Shown: positions 27,511 to 39,757 of the stretch, piece by piece
Numbering within the stretch: the stretch's first letter is position 1
Layout: every line of letters begins with the position of its first letter
NCBI GenBank assembly: GCA_030704615.1
Contig: CM060731.1
Location: 34,286,001 to 34,350,000 of the forward strand
DNA from: Takakia lepidozioides
Lineage: Eukaryota > Plantae > Bryophyta
Reading direction: 5' to 3'
Length of the DNA stretch: 64,000 nt
Translations under genes and position numbers: made by a program
The notes under the pieces: generated by a model
What the model was told of the DNA's origin: nothing
Database searches by the model: none
What the model saw: only the letters and a program-made list of their open reading frames with translations

Positions 27511-30500
27511 ACAACTTTGGTTTGAGCGTGTAGAGAGAGTTGTTGTAGGTGATCTTGCTGCATTGACCAGTCATCACGAGGCCCTATTCACACGACCTTT
27601 GCTTGAGCTGGTGCGGTGATATTCGGGGCCAGACAGCTTGCTAAGCGCGAATTTGAGCTACGCAATGAAGATCGTCTACCGTCCAGGGCGATCAAGTCAC
27701 GTTTTCTAAACCATCGTGAATTAACGTGGTTGGAAGTTGGTTTGTATCTTCCTCTTTCTGGTGTTCGAAGTGCAGAGCTTCATCATGGCCCTGGCGTGGT
27801 AGGGAGAAGTTGGTTGTCGTTAATGTTACAGGGCACAGGGGCTTTTGATCTTGAGGGCACTACGGTTTCAGCTCCAGCCTTGCGCCTTGGCACCTACCTA
27901 TTCACAGTTAATTGATGGTCTGACGGGAGGGGCCTTGATAGTACAGTCGTCTGATCTAGTGGTCTTGGGTGTGGGCACTGCTTTTGCTTCACAGCGAGTG
28001 GCTCGCCCGAGCGCGTTTGAGAGACTGAGTGATTGTTCAAACTCGACTGTGCTTTCGTGCACCTGGAGAGAGGGTGACACCACCCGCATTGGCTTTTGGC
28101 TTAAAGGAGCTGATGGCTGGGAGTGGCTGGCGTTGGGGATCTACGAGTTAGAATCACACAAGGTGCTGAGGGTGGTGTATTGCTCCACTTGGGTTCCGGA
28201 AGACAGCTCGCCAAGTGCTCGGCCCACGCTCCACATCCCTGCAGCTTGAAGGTTCTGCCTCCAATCCAACCTTGTTTCTTGCATGCTAGGTGATTCTAGT
28301 ACCACTTGGTTGAGATCTGGAAGACAGAGGTCCATGAATAATTCAGGAAAACCGCTGGCCGAAAGTATAGTAGAGGTGAATGAGGGATCGGACAACCTGT
28401 AGGTAGGTAATTTCATGGTGAGTGATGATGAATTCTTGAATGTTGGAACAATGGGGGCAGTTGTGGAATCCCCAACTGGTATTCCATTAGTTGATGAGGA
28501 GTCTGGGATAGCCACCCTCGAGGGCCTTTCTGTCTATGATCGGCGTAATGAGGCCTTGGAGGCTAGACGGACTGAGCCTATGTTGGCTAGGGAATTAAAC
28601 ATTCTGCCCTCCCATCCTCCTCATGACCAAGGGTCTGGTTCGGATGTATGGGCTACTACGAGCAGTATGCTGCCCAGGTTGCTACCTTGAGTCCTAGGAT
28701 GCTACCTGTTGTGAATTTCCCTAGTCCCACTCTCGGGGGAGGGAACCGTTGCCTGTGAATTCGGGTATGCATGTGGGCAGTCTTCCTGTGTTGAACGTGC
28801 ATGGTGTTGTTCAAGGTGGGGGTGTCATAATGCAAGGGCCCTCTAGTATGCGTGCTACTCTGCCTCCTGCCATAACTGGTTAATCTGTGGGGGCTCTCCC
28901 TGCTGCACAGGCTGGGGTGCCACCACATCTTGTCTCTAGCCAATCCATAGGTATGCATGCTAGCAATATCCCCCGATCTGTGTCAACATAGCTAGTGGGA
29001 GTGGCATCCACTCTTCCCATGAGTGGTATGCCACAAACCCACTTGCAGTCTACTAACCCTGCTGCTCAGCCAAGTGTGGCAATACCTGCTCTTCCCATGG
29101 GCACGGTGGCGCCACGTCTGTCAACCTCAACTGCTATAAGATCAGTCAGTCATAATAATATGAGTGGTAATCCTGCATTTAATGTTGGATATGTGCATGG
29201 TAATGCTGCTCCCATAATTCCCTGTTGCCCTACTCATGGATCTGTCCTCCCTGGTCAAATCAACCATAGCCTACCTTGTCATCTAATCCCCCAGCTGACC
29301 ACTCAACCCTTACCCAAAATACACAATGGGAGAAGACTTTGATAGATATCTTCAGATGTTTGAGGTCATTGCTAGTGTCAATGAGGTGCCTGAGAATTTC
29401 AAGATGACGATCTTTAGGATGAGTATGAAGGGACCAGCTCGTGACTTACTGCATGCAGCCGTGATGGATGATCCCAGCCTCAACTGGGCAACTCTGGTGG
29501 AATGGGCTAAGACCTTGTTCAAACCTCCTGAGAGGCCTCTGGATTGCTTTACCAAGCTTTCGGCCAGGACTTACCAACCTGGGGAATCCTTGTGGAAATT
29601 TTACATGGATCTTAAGTTTGCTGCTATTGAAAACATCATAGACCCGGTAGAGAGGGATCGTATTGTTAAAATGTATTTTCTCCTTGGGTTGCTTTCCACT
29701 ATTCAGAATTGGGCTCAGCGGTGTCGTTTTGTTGATGACAAGACTATGTTAGCAGAAATTAATCTTAAAATGACAGACTTGACTGACAACAAATCAATGC
29801 ACCATCGTGCCAAGTTTCAAGCTCCAATGGGCTCAGAGCTTGGCATGTCTGCAACATCCTCACCCTATGTTCTTCCTAAGACATGTAAGGCTGATGATTT
29901 TACTCTTCAGGGGTTGGCTAACACTGTGGGAAGTCTTAGTGAGTCTGTGGCCACTTAGTTTGCTGCCATGCAGGCTCATCAACAAAGATGGCAGCCTCGA
30001 CACAACCAAGGAACAACAGGGGGTAACAATAGGGGTCGAACCCAGACTGGGCAAGCCTATGAGGGCAATCGTGCTGCTTGTTACATTTGTGGGTCTTTTG
30101 AACACTGGACAAAGCATTGTCTAGACAGAGCAGGGCTACCAGAGCTAATCAAGAACAAGAAAATAGCCAATGGCTCTCCCCTCCTTTAAACTAGCACGAT
30201 CTCTTGGGAAGGGGGCAAGAGGTCCATCATCTACCAACCCTGTTTCTTCTGTTCCGATTCAAGCTGTTCTAGCTACTAACTTCAAAGCTTTGCATTGTCC
30301 TCTCAGTAGGCAGACTGCTGGCCAGCAGATCAGTCCTTCATGGCGCAATGCCATATCCATGAGCTCAGCTTTCCCTGTGTGTTGATATTGGATGCACTAT
30401 ATCTGCCATACCTTTGAGTGTTGTAAGAGTTCTTGGTCTCAAACTATGCCTTGCCATAGGTATTGAGGTGCTTATTGCAGATGGATCCAGGTATGAGCCC

Positions 30501-31538
30501 TTAGGACTAGTCACTGTTCCCATCAAAATTCATAAAAAGGAGGTTGTGGTTAATTACTTGTATAGTCACCATTGGAGATCAATTCCTTCTAGGCCTTGAC
30601 TAGATGACCGGAGCTGGTGCCACCATCAGCCTAGCTGACTACTCCCTTCGCTTTAACAATGGAGAAGGGCATGAAGTAGTGGTTCCCTTGAAAGTAGTGA
30701 AGATCAAGGCTGGGTCTGCTACAGCCAATTTGTCCAGAGTCCAGGCCCTGGTGAAGGAGGTACAACAGAACTCTCACTCCAACCTCAATTGGAATGATTT
30801 CTACAAGTTTCAGCCCGATCTTCAACTCTTATATCAGTGGCATGTTCCTGGGCTAGGGATAGGACAGGGGTGCCCATAGCTATTCCAAAGAATACTACTC
30901 TAATTTGTGCACTTCTCAACATCACCATTGCCTTGACCCAAAGGGTGGTCAAGTCTGGTCTGGCTTTCTTGTGTCCCGCTGCTCATTTCCTAGAAGTTGA
31001 GGGTTGGAGGAGATTGACTGCTCTTAAGCACTGCCTGGTGGCCACTGGTGTTCTTGATAGAGGATATAGATAGGAGGTTAAGATCCTAATTGCTAATCCT
31101 GAACGCTTCCCTGTGACTATTAAAAAGGGGCAGGTTCTGGCTCGCATCACTGCTCTTCCCATTGCTGACATACAAGAGGTGCAAGCTGGTTTTGGTCTTG
31201 AGGCCATTGGCATCATCCATGGCCTCTTAGATACGGTTGCTGCCTTTGCTACAGTTGCACCACCACCTGTTCCTGATCTCAGCCTGGGAGGTAAGAAGGC
31301 CCTCACCAAAGTTTTATCTGAAATCAAGTTAGGCACAACTCTCTCTCTTCTGGACAAAGGAGGAAGGTGAAAGTGCTTATTGCAAAAAATCTAGATATTT
31401 TCAATTTGGGATCCACTGACCTAGGGCGCACTCCTATTCTTTCAACATGACATTGTCACTGAAGGGGCTCCTATTAAACAATTTGCTTACCGAGAGAGTG
31501 TCAAGGAACGTACCAAAATCCAGGAAGAAGTCCAGAAG

Positions 31539-32900
31539 ATGCTTGATGCTGGTGTGATTAAACCTTCAGTCTATCCTTGGGCTAGTCCAATTGTCTTAGT
31601 TGGAAATACAGATGGCACAACCCGTTTCTGTGTTGACTTCAGAAAGCTGAATGACATCACAAAAAAAGATGCCTACCCTCTACCCAGGATAAATGAGACC
31701 TTGGATCAACTATGTGGTGCTACAATTTTCTCCTCTCTTGATCTTGCACCTGGCTTTTGGCAAGTTCCTCTTACTGAAGCAGCCAAGGAAAAGACCTCCT
31801 TTGTGTGTCGTATGTGTAAGTACCAATATGAGACCATGCCTTTTGATTTGTGCAATGCCACCTCTACTTTCCAACGCCTCATGGACATTGTCTTGGGCAA
31901 TCTTCGCTGGGAGTGTGCTTTAATTTATGTTGATGATATCAATGTTTACTCAGCCAGCTTTGATGCTCACTTGGCTGATCTGCAGCGTGTCTTCAGCAAA
32001 TTGCGCACTGCAGGCCTTAAAGTGAAGCCCAAGAAATGTGAACTATTCATGCCTGAGCTATACTTCCTTGGCCATATTCTGTCCAAAGATGGTTTGCTTC
32101 CTGATCCTGCCAAGCTTGAGTCTGTTTGGGGCTTTCCTATCCCCAGGGATAAACATTGTATTAAATCATTCCTTGGTCTGGCCTCTTATTACCTGCGCTT
32201 CATAAAGAACTTTGCTAAGCTTGCTCACCCTCTGACCAAGGTATTGTGCAAAGATGCCAGGTTTGAATGGACCTTCTCCCAGCAGGTTGTTTTTGACACC
32301 CTTCGCAAGGCCTTGTGTTCATCTCCCATCCTGATGTTTCCCAACTTTGAGTTACCTTTCTTGCTTCAGACTGATGCATTTGATGTTGTCATCTCTGCAA
32401 TCTTATGTCAAGTTGTAGAAGACAAGGAGCATGTCATAGCTTATGCATCCCGTCGTCTAGATCGTCATGAAAGGAATTATTCCATATCTGATAAGGAGGG
32501 TCTGGCCCTGGTCTTTGGGGTGAAACATTTTCGGCAATATTTGCATGGTAGCCGGTTTGTAGTAGAGACTGATCATCTTCCACTAAAAGCTCTTGTTAAG
32601 CCTAGGGAACTTCATGGCAGGCTTGCTCGATGGGCTATGTACCTGCAGGAGTTTGACATGGATATAGTCTACAAGAAGGGCAAGGAAAACACGAATGCTG
32701 ATGCATTTACACGGATTGATCCTCCTGTCAGTAGGCCCATGCTCACCTTGGATGACCTTGTTGCTGCTGATGTTGCCCCTCTTCCTGATCCTGCCCCTCT
32801 TCTCAACCTTTTTTGTGCAGATCAGCAACCCTTGGCCTTGGATTCCCATGGCATATTGTCTGCTTGGGGCTGGTCCAGCCTATTGGATGATCCTGGCTGA
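31539..32900 (+). pseudogene. Gypsy pol: reverse transcriptase and RNase H segment
   Basis: 453-aa ORF with RT (YVDD) and RNase H motifs, cut off from upstream and downstream pol parts by stops and frameshifts. Confidence 0.9.
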
Positions 32901-33180
32901 TTCATTCATGTGTTAGCATGTGTGGTGGCTCTATTGCTTCGCGAGAATTCGGACAAGATTTGGTGGAGGTTCCCTGTTGTGTTTTAGTCTTTCTCTTTCA
33001 TAGGCTCTCAAGTTTGTTGTGTTTTCGGCTGCTGCACTCCGGTGTGACTATTGGCTTGAGCCTCAAGGCCTACTTTGGCTGTCCATGAGTAGTAACAAAT
33101 GAGGTGAAGGTATCCTTGGCTGGAGATCATAGGCGTAGGCACTCCAGACCACCTTCTCTAAAATCCATTGTCTACCTCTT

Positions 33181-34485
33181 ATGTGTAGTGCAGTCATGGA
33201 TGATCAGCTATATGCTGCGCTACTCCAGCGATGCCAATCAGGGCGTTCGCCAGCTGGACTTTCTGAGTCCTTGCGTAAACAAATTCTCTATCATGTGCCT
33301 ACTCACCGTTTTATGGGTGATAAGCTTTTCAAGGAGCTCACTAGAGGAGGAGTGTCATGCTACTTGGAGGTGCCACCACTGAATGCTTTATTGGAGCGTT
33401 TCCATTGTTCCTTGTATGCAGGTCACCTTGGTATCAAGAAAACTGTGGCCTGCATCCAAGAGGTATACTATTGGCTAGGAATTCACCGAGAAGTCACCGA
33501 GTTCATCTCTAAATGTGAAGGTTGTCGTGCTAACATTGCTCTCCCTAGGGCCCGGATCTTGTATGAGCTGCAGCCTTTGCCTATCACCCATGCTTTTGCT
33601 CGTGTTGGCATTGACTTGGTAGGACCCCTCACACTCACATCAAAGGGTCGAAGCTACCTTTGTGTTGCTACCGACTACTTAACTAAGTGGGTAGAAGTCC
33701 GGCCTTTGCGTTCCAAGGCTAGTGATGCTGTAGCTCAGTTCTTCTTCAATGAGATCCTTATACGACATGGGTGTCCTCGGGAGATACTAACGGATCAGGG
33801 CAAGGAGTTTTGTAACCAGCTCCTTACGGTGGTGTGCTTCAACTTTGGTGTCAAGCATTCCACCATAGCCCCATACCATCCCCAGACCAATGGCCTTACG
33901 GAACGCTTCAACCAAACTCTTTGTCGCATGTTGGAGAAGAATGGCGCACTCACTAGGGAGTGAGATACCTTTCTTCCCCCTATTCTCTTTGCTTATCGCA
34001 CCGCCGTGCATGCTAGCACTAAGAAGACTCCTTTTGAGTTGTTGTATGGTCGCAAGTGTGTTTCTCCTTTGCATTCTACCCCTTTTATTTCTACTGTAGC
34101 TGAGTCAGTTGATCTTGAGACCTTTGTTGAGGATCTTCATGCTCGGCATGCAGTGTCCATCCATGATGCCAAGACGAACATTGGTAAGGCTCAGCTCACC
34201 CAAGCCCATAATTTTAACAAGCGTGTCAAGTATTCTAACCTTTTTCAGGTGGGACAGACCGTGTGCATTCGGCTGAAGCATGGCAAGCATGCATGCAAAT
34301 CTAAGCTTAAGATCGACGGTCCATACGTGATCTATGAGCTTTTACGTGGGCGACGTGCTCTCCTTCTTCCACAGGGGTTCAATGTTCACGTGCATGATGA
34401 ACCCGTTTCTCTCACGGATCTGGTGCATTCCGAGCTAGTCTTTGATCTTACGTGCATCAATGTGGAGGGCCGTACGGTGGAATGA
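33181..34485 (+). pseudogene. Gypsy integrase with a premature stop at 33961-33963
   Basis: HHCC zinc region, D-D-E core and GPY motif spread over ORFs 33181..33963 and 34006..34485. Confidence 0.88.
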
Positions 34486-34785
34486 TGTCTTGATCTTCTT
34501 CAGATTGGTTTCCTCGACGGATTAGTGTTAGCTTGTGGATCTGGCCTTTTTGTTCTAGCTCTTGATGCATTTTGTAGACCTACGATATGTCACTACGTGT
34601 ACTCCCTGCACGGTTTTCCTAGCCCAAGGTTTTGTCCTCGGTCCAATTTGCAGGTACCAGGCTTTCCTTTGGTAGGTTTTTCACCCAGCAGTGGAGGGTG
34701 ATTTTCTCCCCAAACATTTACTTGTTATTTCTTATATTGTACTTCGCGGAGCTCAGGATTTTTCGTGGGGGGTAGGCTTCACAGA

Positions 34786-35303
34786 TGTGATGCCCCAAAC
34801 TTTCCTCATCACAGATTTACCCGTTTCATCCAAAACGGCGATACACATTCATCGTATTTTTTGGCGTATAAAGCCGTTAATTTGTTACAATGATGTTTAG
34901 GTTAGGGTTAGTTTAGGCTGGTGGCTTGATCCAGGCCCTTCGTTATATCCAGGGCTGCAAGGCAGCACCATGGGCTTGGGCCTATAATGCCTCGCCACGC
35001 AGCGGGCCACTAAGGTTAGGGCTTTTGTATAAAGACGGCGCCCTGACACAAGGTCAGGGCGGTGTACTCGGGAAGGTCAGGGTACTCGGGTGTTGCTGTA
35101 TATGTGATTTGGGTGTACAAGTTTTTGGATGAGAGCTACTTAGTGTCTGATTCGGGTGGAGATGAGAGCTACTTAGTGTCTGATTCGTGTGTTTGATCCA
35201 CCTCTCGCGCACTGCTTGCTCTTTCCGCTCGCCCATTTGTTGTGCAAGTTCGCTTCTTGATAGGAAAGGAGTATATGCTTCAGGCTTGTTTTAAGGCTTC
35301 ACG
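34786..35303 (+). repeat. 3' LTR (end inferred)
   Basis: Starts TGTGA, preceded by a purine tract GTGGGGGGTAGG. Inferred end TCACG followed by AGCC. Internal duplication of GATGAGAGCTACTTAGTGTCTGATTCG. Confidence 0.65.
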
Positions 35304-36694
35304 AGCCGACGACTAGCCTTGGTCTCACCTTCTGGGAGGCCCCCAGGTGCAGGGGGCCTCTTATATATTGTACATTTAATTTGTTTGCCCAACAGCGCCG
35401 CTGTGGCAAACCTCCGACGGTGCTATAGGCGCCGTCTCCACAGCCGCCGGGATGGAACCCAGCCCCTGATGGATTCCACAGTGGCCAGAGCGCCGTCCAG
35501 CAGTGACGATGAATTTTGTTTCATATCAAATTATTTATCCATCTATACCTACAATTGCTGTCTACGGACCATTCAATACCTGATAAGTTACACTGACCAT
35601 GCCTAACGGCTATGTGGATTTCATTCATCGACACCCCGTGGGGTTCTTGGATGACAGATTGAGAAACGAATGAAATAGGGTGTCGAGGGTACCCAGCTGA
35701 AAGCCTGCTTGCCTTTCTTCGCTCTCTGTCTGTCTGTCTGTCTCGGAGGCACGATCGGTTTTGAGCATAGAGAAGCCATGAGCATATTGGCAAAGGCAAG
35801 CAGGTCGAAATAGAAGACAAACTGGCGACTCGAGAGACCAGGGAGGTGGCTGCATGATGCATGATGCATGATTCTAGAACTATATTTCTCAGGAGCCTAA
35901 TATTGGTGATTTGGTTTAAGAGTGCTTTGGACGTTTGAGGGTGGTGAGATTAAATCCTCTTTGTTTTTCTTGTACACCTGGTGATATTGCTGTTAGGCTC
36001 ATACATATAGGTGGTAGATCTTATGCTAAAATTTGCATATTGTGACATGATCGTAGTACGTGGGCAGAGGCAAGCTTTCGTGCCATAAATCATACTGGTC
36101 AGTCATGTCGAGTCCTTCAGGGGACAGCATTTTTCCGCATTTTTCATTGTTGCGGAATTTGAACCTACTGAATTGCTGCTATACTCTGTACCAGCTCGCT
36201 GATCGACTCTAAACAAGCGCCGTTGCCTATTCCTATCAAATCAGGTCCCCACCGGCTCACGAATATACAAAAATCTACACGTTGTCCACTTCTTGATTAA
36301 CTGATGAATGTATATATGATGGATATTTTCAGTCACTACTGGACATATGTACATATGCAAATGTGAAACATCACACTGCTACATCAATCATACTGCCTAG
36401 TCAGTGTCTCTATATTTCCTGCTCGTCACGGCTCACTGATCGACACCCCCATGGGCCAGTACCCGGAACTTTCTAATCTAACAACTTCAGCCTGAGCACC
36501 CTTAACTATTTCCACTCATCACAGATTTCCCCTATGTCAAAATGCAGCTCCTGTTATTCATTCAATCTGCTATTGCCTTGGTGCAATATTTGCCACCTGT
36601 TTTAGTCTTACGGCCTGCCTAAGTGCAAAGCACTCATGTGATTTTAGAATAGATTAGTCAAAGATCAGTTGTGTTGCAGTGCCCATCATGCAGC

Positions 36695-37999
36695 TCACGG
36701 CGCTTGGGTGCACTTCGGATTACCGCCTCCAGGGCCGCCGAAAAAGAAGTAAGTTCCCCAGTCGCCCGAGGGAGCTCCCTTTTGAACACGGAGGTTGTAA
36801 CAGTTTGCATCCCGGACCGCGATCGATTCCAAAGAGTATGCATCATGAAGTTTCGATGATGAGTCTACATATCGCAGATTTCGTTGGTATGCCGCCGAAG
36901 GAAATCCTTCACTCGGATATGCACCTGAGCCCATTGCTGTGCGTGTGTGGCCAACGGATCCAGACCACGGCATCATCTCTCCGCCCCACTCTAGACCGTC
37001 TGCGCTGCTTTTCATCGTCGTGTAGATATTTGAGGGCCAGTACCCAATAGCATCGTTGTTGATAAGCAACCACCACCCGGGAGTCGTCGAATCGTACATC
37101 ACAAGAAGCTGAAATTCGTCTTCATGATTTGCATTGTCGTCAAGGGTGGTGTATGCCGGCATGGCTCCACCGAGCACCCAGTTTCTGTCTGTCTGGACAA
37201 ACCCAGGGCATGCCAAATTGTAGCATCCGGTGGATCTGTAATTATCCGCCGTCCAGTAGATGAAGAGGTGGGGCGCAAGAGGGTTGTCTTGTGGATGCAT
37301 TGCCGGATATGTTTGCCAGCCGACTTCAGCGGTGTTGCCGCTGTTGGCATTATTTGCAATAACCCAGAGCTGTGAGATGCTCATTTCCCTATTTGGGTAT
37401 CCAATGACAGGTGCATTAACACTGAGTTTTGCAGCCATGCCAAGATAAGTTCCTGCAGTAAATGGCATCGTAACCACAGCATATTCATGTTCACTACCGC
37501 CGGCGCTAGCAAAAGGACCTGTGCTGGTCCGCTTCTCCAACGTGGGGCGTTGGCTCTTTGTCAAGAGTGGTCGATTAGGGTCCCTTCGTTGCACCGGGAT
37601 GCTGCCTTTAGGACATCCTCCATGCTCCCTTGCAAAACTTTGTGGGTACTCACCAGTGCTTCTTCCATGTCCTACATTTTGTTGCACCCGAAGATGGGAT
37701 GACAACGTCATCCGAATAATATGATCTTTGAGGGCTGGGTGATGAGCTGCAATCTGCTGTTCTATGCGGACACAGTCTACCCAGCTTCCATCTGAAACGC
37801 GGAATGACTTCACAGGGGGACCATGCCTAATGGTGTTATTGCTGTCCATGTAAGCTTTGAGCGTTCTCTGTCTTCCAGGAGCTTGTTGCAATCTTCTTCC
37901 TTGCGATGAGTCCACCAGCAGCAGAAGCTGAAAACACATGGTTACTATCCAGTACAACTGTCGTGCTTCAATACTAAATCCTCGTCTGCAATTCATCAT
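36695..37999 (-). CDS. Neprosin-family glutamic peptidase precursor (signal peptide, activation peptide, neprosin domain), intronless
   Basis: 434-aa ORF. Hydrophobic N-terminus, then DGSWVDCVRIEQQIAAHHPALKDH, CPKGSIPV, HEYA, SISQLW, NTAEVGWQ, YWTADNY..TGCYNLACPGFVQ, IGYWPS, WGGE, MGSG, FFFGGPG. Both putative catalytic Glu are present. Confidence 0.93.
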   Translation of the reverse strand: MMNCRRGFSIEARQLYWIVTMCFQLLLLVDSSQGRRLQQAPGRQRTLKAYMDSNNTIRHGPPVKSFRVSDGSWVDCVRIEQQIAAHHPALKDHIIRMTLSSHLRVQQNVGHGRSTGEYPQSFAREHGGCPKGSIPVQRRDPNRPLLTKSQRPTLEKRTSTGPFASAGGSEHEYAVVTMPFTAGTYLGMAAKLSVNAPVIGYPNREMSISQLWVIANNANSGNTAEVGWQTYPAMHPQDNPLAPHLFIYWTADNYRSTGCYNLACPGFVQTDRNWVLGGAMPAYTTLDDNANHEDEFQLLVMYDSTTPGWWLLINNDAIGYWPSNIYTTMKSSADGLEWGGEMMPWSGSVGHTRTAMGSGAYPSEGFPSAAYQRNLRYVDSSSKLHDAYSLESIAVRDANCYNLRVQKGAPSGDWGTYFFFGGPGGGNPKCTQAP

Positions 38000-38466
38000 A
38001 GATGCAGTATCTAGTATCTACCTGCAGCCTATCGTCCACCCCTGTCAAAGTAGCTCTGATCTTCCAAGCAATCTGGTCTCGACTTGGCCCAGTTGCCCAA
38101 CGAAGCGATTTAGCTAGATACTTAATCAAAACTTCGCCCTGAATCCCTCTCTGTCGAAAAAGTCGTAATAGTGATGACTACAGACTTCTTTGAAAATTGA
38201 TGATTGCATACCGGTTGAATGAACTAGGCCAGGAGGCTGCAGGTCTCTAAGACGCCACAGTTTACTCTCTATTTGTGTGACGGCTAGGGAGTGAAGAACG
38301 GAACAGATATAGAGCACATTATAATACACGTACAATAACAGATATAGATTTTAAAAATAAAACACTTCTCAAGCATGCACAATGGGAATAGAATCCGCTG
38401 ACCTTCTGATTCTTGTTCCATTGTCTCTCTCTCTTCTAGTTTACTTTTGTGGTAGCTCCTCAGGAC

Positions 38467-39517
38467 CAGTGTTGGACCCCTTTTTTTTTTCCCTTCAATT
38501 TTTACCAGTGTTGGACTGGTATGTAGGGCCGCCTCGCCTGGTATCAACCGAACCGCCTGGTATTGACAATTCCAATACCTAGGTCAATACCCTACCTAGG
38601 CTGGTATTGACCAAGGCAATACTTGTGCAATACCCGTATTATGGGCAAAAACAGGGACTATACACATGGTATAGATATGAAGTTGGGCTGGTGCACCCGG
38701 CTTCAGGGGCAGGGCATGTCCAGCCCCAAGGGCGGCCACTATTTTTCATTTTTTTAGCTCATGTCGGTAGGGCAATGTAATGTCAACTTGGCATTGACAA
38801 TCTTGACAAATTAGTGCTTTAAATTTTAAGGAATGGGCCGGATGACGTGCGGACGGGTTACAAGTTGAGCAAGGGATCAAGGATTGTCTAGAAGACAATG
38901 CGAGGAGGACCTCATTGCAGGTGCTGGCATGTTTGACAATGAGGCTTGCACTCAGTTTTCTTGTAACAAAGCTTGCTTCACTTTGCGTACTAAAATCTGC
39001 AACATTACTATGTAATGCAAAGTCTGAATTTTGCAACAGAATTTTTTTTTAAAATAAAAGGGGATGGAGGCCCTGAAAATCATATTAAAGAAAAAACGGG
39101 AATAAATAACCCATTAGGATACAGCCGTGAAGCCTATGAAGGGGATACCACCCCCAGACCACGAAACCACTAAGAACTCTCAAGACCAATGAGGTCAAGA
39201 GGGGAGAGAAGCAAAACGCCCAAAGATCATTTACTTTGTGAAATAAAGTATGCTTCTAAATTAAAGGCATATTAATGATTTGGTGGTTATTTTTATCTTA
39301 ACTATTTGTATCCTTTATAACCGCTGGTATTACGATTGAAATATCCGTCCTATTGATACCCATCCGCAAATAAAAAATCATTCTACTATTGAGGACCGGC
39401 AGATATTAGAATTAAGTGAATATTCTTATACTATGGAACCGACTGGTATTGAAAAATATATTTTTTCAATACGAAGACCCGGCTGGTATGAAAAAATGTA
39501 ATACCTGCCCAACAATG
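38467..39517. mobile_element. Non-autonomous hAT-like element (about 1.05 kb) inserted upstream of neprosin copy 1
   Basis: TIRs CAGTGTTGG and CCAACAATG (one mismatch). 8-bp duplication CTCAGGAC (38459-38466) and CTCAAGAC (39518-39525). Subterminal GGTAT/ATACC repeats. The empty site is preserved in the paralogous region near 41500. Confidence 0.82.
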
Positions 39518-39663
39518 CTCAAGACCTCTTGGTCCTCCTTATCTTTTCCGAGCTAAATTTTCTCGGTTCACGGGGGAGGGGTATTGTTCCACTCTTAAAA
39601 CCAAATCACCAATATTAGGCTCCCCAGAAATATAGTTAGAATCTCTCGAGACGTAATCGCAAA

Positions 39664-39728
39664 AGAGAGAAGACTCCGGCCAAAGTCGGCGTAACTAAAA
39701 GCCACTTAGCCGTAACTAAGAGCCACTT
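39664..39728. repeat. Short hairpin-bearing dispersed repeat, copy 2
   Basis: AGAGAGAAGACTCCGGCCAAAGTCGGCGTAACTAA followed by a duplicated CGTAACTAAGAGCCACTT unit. Confidence 0.7.
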
Positions 39729-39757
39729 GGCCAGGCAAAGATCAGTTGTATTGCAGC

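Larger units (their letters stand above)
27273..35303 (+). mobile_element. Ty3/Gypsy LTR retrotransposon, degenerate (gag-PR-dUTPase-like-RT-RH-INT)
   Basis: Repeats starting TGTGATGCCCCAAAC at 27273 and 34786. Gag with CYICGSFEHWTKHC. RT motifs PWASPIVLV, RFCVDFRKLN, YVDD. RNase H LQTDA and ETDH. Integrase HLG/CEGC, VGIDLVGP, LTDQGKEF, TNGLTERFN, GPY. The right end at 35303 is inferred from TCACG and an AGCC duplication (27269-27272 and 35304-35307). Confidence 0.9.

Noticed and set aside
35618-35686. Two interleaved 9-bp inverted repeats resembling a pseudoknot
   Set aside because: Loop geometry makes simultaneous pairing unlikely. Single occurrence, could be chance.
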